Source of the DNA: Camelus ferus
Lineage: Eukaryota
Length of the DNA stretch: 64,000 nucleotides
Direction: 5' to 3'
Assembly (NCBI RefSeq): GCF_009834535.1
Contig: NC_045697.1
Location: 8,124,001 to 8,188,000, forward strand
Shown here: positions 54,370-64,000 of the stretch, in pieces
Layout of the letters: every line of letters starts with the position of its first letter
How positions within the stretch are numbered: the stretch's first letter is position 1
Translations under genes and position numbers: made by a program
The notes under the pieces: generated by a model
What the model saw: only the letters and a program-made list of their open reading frames with translations
What the model was told of the DNA's origin: nothing
Database searches by the model: none

Positions 54370-54600
54370 GTGCTGTAAGCCAAACTACTCAACGCCCGAG
54401 TTCAAAATCAGGCTTTCCAGACTCCTTGCTGCGTGACTCTGGGGAAACCAGCCAAATCCTTCTCTACCCCCTAATCTGTAAACCCAGGATAGTGATAGTG
54501 CTTATCTCATAAGCCTAGAGTGAAGCTTAAATGAACGAATAAACATAAAACACCCCCGAGCTTAGCATAACTTCAGCCAATGTAATAAACATTAGCTTTT
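54370..54600 (+). mobile_element. MIR SINE
   Basis: gagttcaaaatcaggct...ctgcgtgactctgggg...atctgtaaa...tatctcata. Confidence 0.7.
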
Positions 54601-56254
54601 TAAAATTGTTTCATTTCCACTGATTTTTAAATACAGTGACAAGAATGGACCAAGTACTAAAAGCAGAGCTGTATCTCTTACATCCCTGAGGATTCAGTTC
54701 GCTTGCAGGAACTTGTAGTGTCTTAAATAAGAGTTTAGCTTTTGTCTTGGGTAAAATACATCCAGGAACAGTCAGACCAGGCTGGAATCTTGGCACACCA
54801 GAGACATCACCAGAAACCTAAGCAACTTCTATCATTCTGTTCCACCCTCAGTGTTGCCTCATGGTCACAACATGACCACTGCAGCCCCACCTGTAACATC
54901 TGCATGCCAGGCAGCAGGGACGAGGAAATGTGTAGAGGACAAGGTTTACTTCTCAGCCAAGTTCCCCCTCTTTAAAAAGCTTCTCCAGTGGCTCTCAATA
55001 TTTTTAATTCATTTTGCACTCTCTGGGCTAAAGCCAGGGCATGGCACATGAGTAGACACAGGCCGGTGGCATCACTTAGAGTCAAGCTTTCTTCTTCTAC
55101 CTACACTACTATGGAGAGACCCACCACTTCACAGGCAAATGGGACATCCCTTTGGACTCCTCCAGACTCCACTGTTACTACGTAAAAGGAGAATGCAGCA
55201 CATATCCGTGTGCTCTGTCTCACATCCTGGGTCACCTACCTTTTTACACTAGACATTGTGTTAGCCATCAGTTGCAGACAGGTGTGACCTGACTGCAGAA
55301 TTTTGGGTTCTCAAATAATAAATTTTCCACCTCTCTATGCCTTTGTCCATGCTGTTCTCTCCTTCAAGAATGCCCTTTATCATCAGCTACCTAGTGAAAA
55401 TCTCTCATCTCCCAAGACTGAGCTAGCATCACTCTTCCATGATGGTTTTCCTGCCTGCCCTGTGCCCCCATAGGTTTACCTCATTCTTTTATGCTTGTGA
55501 CATCTCATACCTGCCTTGACCGTAGCTCTGGGTTACACTCTTTCTGCTCATATGCCCATTTTCCTCATTCAACAGTGAGGATTTTCAGGGAGGGGGCTGT
55601 CACTCGCTCATCCAGATAATCCTGTTGCCTATCACAATTTTAGACATATAATGGGCAAGCAGTGAGTTAATAGATAAATGAGTGAATAAATAAAATTAGG
55701 ATGAATATATTAAATGGAAACAAAAACCCTCATCTTGCGCTCCTCTCAGGGTTTCTGTGTTACAGAAAATAGTAAAATGAATCTGCCCCAACCCTGAGTT
55801 TCAGCTAAGGCCCTGAAACTGAAAACCATGTAGGCAGAACTTGCAAAGATGGTGCCACTAAACTGGTCCTCCCAACATTAGCCCATTACCTACCTCCAGG
55901 ATATATAAGGCAAGATAGAGAAGAATTTATTAGGAAGTAGCTTGGTGATGGAGATTTCAAGGAAAGTGCTATGTTTGGAGTGTAACATATTTCCTTTCCC
56001 TTTTCTAAGGAGTAGGGTGTGTTCACCTACTCACATGCCCAGCCTAAAACTTAAATCAACTATAGGAGCCTTCAGAAAACTATCTGGACACTCAACACAT
56101 GCCTTGAGTAACAAAGGGTCTGGTATCTTAATCATGCCTAAAAAAAAAATAAAATAGCAACAGAGAAGTTGAGCGGACATGCCTCTAACAGCAGAACAAA
56201 GAGAGAGGGGGTCATTGAGAAGGTCTGCACATCCAAATTTTTGATGACTTTTTG

Positions 56255-56608
56255 ATGTGTCCTTCCCTTGCATGGCATTGTTGTCAGAATTTATCTCCTT
56301 GCAGTTGTAGGATGGAGGGTTTCAGGCTCTTGTTCCTGGTTAGATGAAAGTTACCCTCATCTCCTTGTGACATGGGACTCACAACGTGACTACTTCCTTC
56401 TTCAAAGTCGGCTAAAGAGAAAGCCTCAAAAGCAAGTCTACTAGCAAGACAAAGTTCCATATAATGTAAAATAATCATAGAAATGACATCCCATCAACTT
56501 CATCACATTCTGTTGGTTGTAAACAAACCACAGTTCCTGCTGACGCTCAGGGGGAGGGGCTTATACATAAGCTCACCGCTGGGTCACTTTTAGGTCTGTC
56601 TGCCACAC
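56255..56608 (-). mobile_element. MLT1E/F-like LTR
   Basis: gacatcccatcaacttcatcacattctgttggttg...ggggaggggcttataca...gtctgtctgccaca. Confidence 0.7.
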
Positions 56609-57214
56609 AACGTCTCATCTTTGGGTTCTGTCCTAGAGCCTTTTTTTGTCACTGAGAGGTAGACAGAAGTATCAGAATTTCAGCTCCAAGCCTAGCTGTT
56701 AAGAGGCATCTCATGTGCTCACTGCTCTCACATGTATGTCTACCATCGTCATGCAAAGTGGTTTCCTGAGTGACCACTTGTCCAAGGAAACTGACAGACA
56801 CATGGAGTAGACTTGGACACAGACTGTCTCTTGGAGCCAATCACTGCCTAGGTCAGCCACCTTCCATCTGAACTATAGACCTGTTAGCAGTGTAATTGTT
56901 GTTTTAAGCTACTGACTCTTGGGACCGTTTGCTGTGCAGCACTGTCTTATCAATAGCTGACTACTGTCATACCTAAGTGCAAATCTAAATTTTCTGGGAT
57001 CTTCCTGGGATTTTGAGCTACAGGGTAGAAGAAATCACTGCAGAAGAGGTTATGAGGTAAATGAGAAGAGATAATATTGGTTTCTTTTTTTTCTCTCTTA
57101 TCTAATCTGTACTTGATTCTTACTCTTAAAGTTAAAAGTCAGACGGAAGGACAGGGATGGTTTGATATTTATCAGGTGTTTACTTATTTACATAAATATA
57201 TACTTATTTACATA

Positions 57215-57790
57215 TATTTTAATTGAAGTATAGTAAGTTATAATGTGTCAATGTCTGGTGTACAGCACAATGTCCGGTGTACAGCACAATGTCCCAGTCA
57301 TATATATATATTCTCATATTCTTTTTCATTAAAAGTTATTAAAAGATATTGAATATAGTTCCCTGTGCTATACAGAGGAAATTTGTTTTTTATCTATTTT
57401 TATATATAGTGGTTAACATTTGCAAATCTCAAACTCCCAAATTTATCCCCTCCCACCCGCTTTTCCCCAGTAATCATAAGATTGTTTACTATGTCTTCAA
57501 GTCTGTTTCTATTTTGTAGATGAGTTCATTAGTGTCTTCTTTTTTCTTCTTCATTTTTTTTTTTTTTTTAGATTCCACATATGAGTGATATCACATGGTA
57601 TTTTTCTTTCTCTTCCTGGCTTACTTCACTTAGAATGATGATCTCCAGGTCCCTCCATGTTGCTGTAAATGGTATTATTTTATTCTTTTTATGGCTGAGT
57701 AGCATTCCATTATACAAAGAGACCACAACTTCTTCATCCAGACATTCAGTTTGCTTCCATGTCTTGGCTGTTGTGTATATATATATATAT
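57215..57790 (-). mobile_element. Young L1 3' end (camelid-type) with a 19-bp internal tandem duplication
   Basis: aattgaagtatagt...ggtgtacagcacaatgtcc x2 (57257-57294); ORF 57568-57846 has the L1 motif PFTATWRDLEIIILSEVSQ. Confidence 0.9.
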
Positions 57791-58298
57791 TTGATATTTA
57801 TTGACCCCTGTCTACCCAGTTCTATGTTATGAGGTTCCCATGACATTGCACTTTAGGTTGAACCACTCAGCTAGTTGAGTCCTACCAGCTCTTCTTGCCA
57901 AGTGGGGAAACTAGGTGTTGGAGGTTCAGTAACATGAACAAAGTCATTTCTTCTAGTCGCTGTCCGAGCCAGAATTTGAACCCAGAAAAGAAAAAAAAAA
58001 AAAAAGAAAACTTCTCAGTATATGTCTATATGTGTTAAGAATGAAGAGAGAATTCAACAGTTGCTAAGATAATTCAGGGCAGCCCTCACCTTGGAGTCTT
58101 CAGTTTCTCTCCCTAAATAAACATCTAAGGAAAAGGGTCAGGGGTGGAGGAGGGAATTGAACTGGGCAATATGTTTGGGGGTTAAGCAAACGGACCCAGA
58201 GTCAGGAAACCTGGTGAAGAACCTAGCTCTGTCATGTTCCAGGGGCATCACCTTGAGCAAATTATTTAATCTCCTTGAGCCTCAGTTTCTTAAACTGT

Positions 58299-58300
<2 letters not shown>

Positions 58301-58333
<33 letters not shown>
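58301..58333 (+). repeat. (CA)n microsatellite inside a MIR (~58170-58440)
   Basis: Direct read. Confidence 0.9.
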
Positions 58334-58338
<5 letters not shown>

Positions 58339-59134
58339 AGGTGAAGGGAAATAATCACATTTATATCTTACAGAATTTCATGAGAATGCACCAGCCCTTA
58401 GTCAACTACTTGGCACACATTAATGCCCAATATGTTAGAACATTTACCCAAATGCTCTGTCTGCTGCCCCAAGTCAACAGATAAATGTTCACCTTCCTAT
58501 TTTCTTAATGTTTAGTAAGTGCAAGATAATGTTGAATTCCCACTGCACTCAAGTCAGCCCAGCTTAACCCATAATTAATCTTAATATTGAGTAGCAACTG
58601 TGTGACTTGAATCTATCTCTTCTGTAACCAACTCTTGGCTCCTCCCACTAAAACCTGCTACATTTTATATCCGAATAGCAAATAGCAGTGGTGTTCAATC
58701 AAAACCATAGTTATTTCATGATGATATACACATCTCTTCCAGAAAAAAGTTGTATGAAGAGGTCAAACAGCAGAGTGGAAGGAGCAAAAACAGGGGCTTT
58801 AGAGCTAGACAGACCTTGGATCTTAGGCTGTCTTCTCCAGTCTTCTCAGTTACCGCCCATGCTTTGTGGGAATTAAGTGGGGTAACATGGCATGTGTGCA
58901 AGACAGTAACAGATATGCAAGAAGAATTCGCCATGTGCTGGCTTATTCCTCCTGCACTTCTTTTCCTTTGAACATATTTTTGTTCTGGGGAGGAGGGACT
59001 TTCTAATCAGTTAGTGCAAAGAACACCTGAAAGGTTCTGCTTGTGGGGAAGATGTGTTTAAGTCCATGTTAATAGCTCAATACAGATAGGACAGGAAAAG
59101 ATTCATGAGAAGTCGTGGATAGGAAGCACATACG

Positions 59135-59458
59135 ATAGAGAGAAAGGAAGGACAGAAGGAGGGAGGGAGAAGGAAAGAAAAGAAAGAAGGAGAGAAAGAG
59201 AAGAGGAAAAAGAAAAGAACGAAAGAAAAAAGAAAGAAAAGAAAGAAGAAGGAGGGAGAAAAAAAAAGAAAAGAAGAGAGACAAACCAGGAAAAGGAGGG
59301 GCACCAAAGAAAAGAAGAAAGAAAGAAGAAAGAAGAAGAAGAAAGAAAGAAAGAAAGAAAGAAGAAAGAAGAAGAAAGAAGGGGAGGGAAAGAAAAAAGA
59401 AAGAAGAAGAAAGAAGAAGGAAGGAAGGGAGAAAAAGGCAGGAAGAAAGAGAAAAAAC
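59135..59458 (+). repeat. Purine-rich low-complexity (GAA/GAAA/GGA) tract
   Basis: About 320 bp almost entirely A/G. Confidence 0.9.
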
Positions 59459-60621
59459 CATGTTAGGTAGGAGAGAAAAATCTCTTCATTCGTCATTCTG
59501 TTGTCTTTTGTGGAAGCAGTTTCTCCCTCTTTTGGACAATGGAGAGCTCATCCTCTGCCTTTAAACACAGCTGCTGAAGGATCCCAAAGTATCACCCACC
59601 AGCGGGATGTTTACTCAAGAGCTTAAGTAGGGGCTCAGAAAACAAACACTCTGGTGTGAGGGTGGAAGGCCCGGGGTCCCTCTCTTTCGACTTGTGGAGT
59701 CGCTGCCACCACCTTGCAGCTCCCAATGTCTAAGAAGACCTGAACTTAGACCTTGAGTGGAAGGGGAAAGTGTGTGGTGTTTGTACAGCTGAAAACAAGA
59801 TGAAAAACCCCAGGCTCCCTCTCACACCCCATTAGGCCCTGAAGTCCATGGAGTGCTGCACTCAACATATAAACACTCTGCTTGGGGCAGCCGTGGCCAG
59901 GGAGTGCGAGGGAGAGAGGGCGTCTCGGACAAGAACAATGGCATATCTGTGAGGAGACAGGCACCCCGGTCCTGCGGCGCCTTGTCCCGGGATGCAGTCA
60001 TCATCACTCCCACCTTGTGCATTGCAGTAAACCTCAAGGCCTTTTGGGACTGATGATGGGACAACAGGTAAGGGGATAGCCGTTCAGCAAATAAACACTC
60101 TTGGACCAAGGAGTGAACAGCCCTCTTTCCTCCTCCAGGGGGGCAGAGGGGGAGAAAAAAAGAATTTAAACCCCACAATACTGGGCTCCAGCATAGTCCC
60201 AGCACTGCTGGCTGTGGCACTGTGAGCACTTAAGAAAGGTCTCTGGCCTTTGTGAACCCCCGTCCTTTGGCCATTGCTTTATCTGCATGGGATGGTCTCC
60301 ACCAGCCACACCTGCTTTCTCTGGGGATATTCTTACTTATCTTTCTAGACAAAGGTCCCACACCCTGTCCTCAGAGAAGCCTGTTTATTATTCTCCAGGC
60401 TGATACTCACTCCTGCTTCTGTGTCCCCACAGCATGCCGTAAGCGCATTTTCACTGCAGGGCTGTTCATGGTGTGTTGGAATTTACAGGCCTGTATTTCC
60501 CCTCTGCCTCTCAGTAGAGGACCATGTATTTTAATTTTCTGAGGTGGCATCGACCATGCCCTAGTTTCTCGCCTTAATCCCTGCAAAAGCAGCTTTACAC
60601 ATGCACTCCTTGTGTTTGCTG

Positions 60622-61433
60622 CTGTTGGAGGATGAATTGTGACCTCCCCCCACCAGAAAAGATATATTGGAGTCTTAACCCCTGGTAACCAGAGTGTGGT
60701 TTCATTCGGACACTGAGTCTTTGCAGATGCAATCAAGTTGCAATGAGGAGATACTAGGTTAGGATGGGCCCTAAATCCAATGAATGGTGTTCGTATAAGG
60801 AGAGGGAGATTTGGAGACTGCTGGGGGCTGAACTGAGTCCTCCCCAGATTCATATGTTGAAGCCCTAACTTCCAACACGATGGTGTTTGGAGATGGGGCC
60901 TTTGGAAGATAATTAGGGAGCCCTTATGATGGGGTTCATTTTCTTCTAAGAAGAAGCTCCTGCAAGCTTTCACTTGCTTTCTCCCAGTTAACACGAATAA
61001 GAGGTCATCTGAGCACATGGTCAAACGGTGGCCACCAACAAGCCGAGAGAAGAATCCTCAGAATGAGCCCTTCCTTGCTGGCACCTTGATCTTGAACTTC
61101 CCAGACTCCAGAACTGTAAGAAACACTTTCTATTATTTAAGTCATCAGAGCTATGGTGTTTTGTTACAGCAGCCTGAAGTGACCAAGACAGAGCCATCCA
61201 CAGAGGGAAGAAAGCCACGTGAGGACAGGGGTAGAAATGGAGAGAATGTAGTTACAAAATGAGCGTCTCCAAGGATTGCTAACAACCACTAGAAAGAGGC
61301 AAAGGAGGGTTATTTTCTAGAGCCTTCAGAATAGTGCGGTCTTGCCAACACCTTGATTTCAGGCTATGAATGAACAATTTTCTGTTGCTTTAATTAAGCA
61401 AGCCAGTTGGTGGCAACCGTAGGGAACAAACGC
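60622..61433 (+). mobile_element. MLT1B/C-like LTR interrupted by an MLT1A-like LTR (60819-61190)
   Basis: The outer LTR halves join at ggagac / acagag; the inner LTR runs TG...CA with 5-bp TSD gagac/gagcc. Confidence 0.85.
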
Positions 61434-61862
61434 AGATGTAAATCCCTCTTCATTTCTCTTGATTTGACTGATTTTTGACCCTTCCTATCTTTCCTTAGGA
61501 TACAGGACTCGAACCTGACTCAACACTTCCCTTTCTACTAGTTCCTTCCCTGCAGCTAATATAAATACCCCAGTCTCCCGTATTTAATGCAACAGCGCAA
61601 TGCCCTCTGGGACTCTTAAGTCCCCATCTAGAAAGGAAGAATCTCTCCTTCCCTCACAGCTGAATTCCTCAGTGTAAGACTCTGCTCTTGCTGTCTCCCA
61701 TTCTCAAATCCTATTCACTCTTCATCCTACTAAAATCAAAGTGTGTCCCTACTGCTACACGGAAATCATTCTGCAAAAGTCATGAATTACCAAACTCTGT
61801 CGTTTCTTTTTAACCCCTACCTCACTTTGCTGCACTGGGTAAAATCTACCCGTCTCTCTTTC

Positions 61863-62190
61863 TGTCTTAGTCCAGCTGGGTGGCTATAACACAGCACTAC
61901 AGACTGAGTAGCTAATAAACAAGACATTTTTTTCTCACAGTTCTAGAGGCTGGAAATCTGAGATGAGAGCGCCAGCATGGTCAGATGAGGACCCGCATTC
62001 TGGTCTCAGAACTCTTGCAGGCTCGCATGATGGAAGGGGCAAGGGAGCTCTGCGGGGGTCTCTTTTATAAGAGCACTGACCCCATGACCTGCTCACCTCC
62101 CAAAGGCTCCACCTATTAATATCATCATCCTTGGGGGTTAGGATTGCTGTATATGAACTGGAGAGCAGACACAGCATTCAGACCATAGCA
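61863..62190 (-). mobile_element. MLT1A-like solo LTR inserted in L2
   Basis: tgtcttagtcc...ctcacagttctagaggctggaa...cattcagaccatagca; TSD ctttc/ctgtc. Confidence 0.85.
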
Positions 62191-62314
62191 CTGTCCCTTG
62201 GCTTCTGGGACATCATTTTAGTCCATCTACCTCTATGCTCATTTCTTCTTAAGTCTCTTTGTAGGCTCTGTTTCTTCTGCCTTACCTTTATTTGTTCATA
62301 GCACAGAGTGTTCT

Positions 62315-62558
62315 TTTTTTTCTCTCTCTCTTATTTCTTTTTTTTAATCGAAGTACAGTCAGTTACAATGTGTCACTTTCTGGTGTACAGCACAGTGTCC
62401 CAGTCATGCATATACATACATATGTTCGTTTTCATGTTCTTTTTCATTAAAGGTTATTATAAGATATTGAATATAGTCCCCAGTGCTATACAAAAGAAAT
62501 TTGGGGTTTTTTAAATCTATTTTTATATATAGTGACTATTATTTGCCAAAATGTTAGG
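62315..62558 (-). mobile_element. Young L1 3' end with 12-bp TSD
   Basis: gaagtacagtcagttacaatgtgtc...; TSD acagagtgttct at 62303-62314 and 62559-62570. Confidence 0.9.
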
Positions 62559-62659
62559 ACAGAGTGTTCTCGTCTCAGTCCTCTTCATGTTTTATTTTAT
62601 ACACTTTTCTTAATCAATTTCACTCATGGGATGTCTTCAGTGACCATCTACTTATTAGC

Positions 62660-63693
62660 TAATCTCCTTATCAAAGGGTCCTTTGGCCACAGCCTTTGTG
62701 TTCTCTCCTGAACAGGCTTTCTCATTCTTTTCAACATGGATAAGCTGAGAATGTTTCAAATCTTTAAGTTCTGCTTCCCTTTTGACGAACTATTTGAACT
62801 TTAAATAATTTCTCTCTTCTTACATTTTACTCTAAGCCATCAGGAGGAACCAGGCTGCCCCTTCAACACTCTGCTTGGATGTTTCCTTGGCCAGTATCCA
62901 GTCCTACCTTCCACAAAGCACTAGCACAGGAGCGCAGTCCAGCCAAGTGCTGTGTGACTCTGTGAGAAGAGTGCCCTTTCCTCCTTGTCCAGAAGCTTGT
63001 TCCTTACTTCTGCTGGAGGCCCCATCGGAATGGCCCTTGTTGCCCGTACCTCTACAACAGTCTGTTCGGGATTATTTAGGTATTGTCTGAAAAGGGTGAT
63101 GCTTTCTGTACATGTTTTATTTTATACACTTGTATTTTATACAGCTTTCCTCTTTTCTTTCCAGTTTGCCAGAATCACCTTAGTGGTACATCGACAACAA
63201 GGTATGCCTTTTCTAGCTTGCACCCCAAGATTTTCCCAACCTCTACCCATTGCCCAGTTCCAAAGCCACTTCCACATTTTTAGGTGTTTGTTACAGCAGC
63301 CCCTCACTTCGTGGTACCAATTTCTATCTCAGTCTGTTCTGGCTGCTATAACAGAATACAGAATTGACTGAGTAGCTTAAACAACAGAAATTTATTTCTC
63401 AGCTCTGGAGGCTGGAAGCCCAAGATCAAGGACACTGGCAGAATGGATGTCTGGCAAGAGCCAGCTTGCTTATTTATGGGCGGCAGTCTTTTCACTGTGT
63501 CTTCAAGTGGCCAAAGGGGTAAAGGGTAATTCTGGGGTCTCTTTTATAAGGGCACTAATCTTATTCAGGAAGACCATACCCTCAGGACTTAATCACCTTC
63601 CAGAAGCCCCAACTCCTCACTTTATCACACTGATGGTTAAAATTTCAACATATGAATTTGGGGTGGGACAGGGGAGACATTCAGTATATAGTA
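62660..63693 (-). mobile_element. MLT1A-like 5' LTR (63325-63693) plus MaLR internal fragment
   Basis: LTR motifs (ggctgctataacag; ctggaggctggaagcccaagatcaagg); the internal region starts gaaattggtaccac on the minus strand. Confidence 0.8.
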
Positions 63694-64000
63694 CTATTTA
63701 TTCCAAAAAAAAATTTATTTCTGTTTTGGGCACTATGAAGTTTCTGGCACATAGATACATTAACTGCCATGTGGCATTACACAATCTGCTGGGGAAAACC
63801 AGCTCATGAAGAAACATCAGTGCAGTGTGGCAAAATACAAACAAGGGCAAGGATGTGTGCGTGTCACTTACGGGTAGAATATTCAAAGCTTGTGTTTGCC
63901 TGTGTTCGATAAACAATGTCACGGAAGATCATAACACTACATGGTTATTCAGCTGGCCATGACTTTCGTCCTCATCCATTCCAACCTTCTCTTTTAGAAG

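Noticed and set aside
59069..59496. Phe/Leu/Ser-rich ORFs resembling membrane proteins
   Set aside because: Translation of the antisense purine tract
60407..61024. 205-aa minus-strand ORF
   Set aside because: Runs antisense through MLT1 LTRs; a chance open frame
1..64000. A novel multi-gene biological system
   Set aside because: No coding genes, operon-like structure or regular arrays; the window is explained by ordinary mammalian repeats plus candidate regulatory DNA

Overview
Mammalian (eutherian) non-coding genomic DNA with no protein-coding gene, RNA gene or CRISPR-like system that I can support. Much of the window reads as interspersed repeats: L2, MIR, old L1M, MaLR (MLT1) LTRs including a nested two-LTR element, MER21, LTR16, an ERV1-type LTR, and DNA transposons (MER5A, MER53, MER63A, MER82). 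About 11 short, young L1 3'-end fragments, together with no visible Alu, B1, BovB/Bov-A, PRE1 or Can-SINE, point to a camelid-like cetartiodactyl genome (inference). The ~9-28 kb interval is relatively repeat-poor and CpG-richer. It holds a CpG island-like segment (~26.3-27.5 kb) with a TATA-like motif, a strong CTCF motif (14732-14750), three NRF2/MAF ARE/MARE motifs and several good minus-strand splice sites, so it may be an enhancer/lncRNA domain. Repeat family names come from my recall of consensus sequences, not a search, and boundaries are approximate. I found no evidence of a novel biological system.
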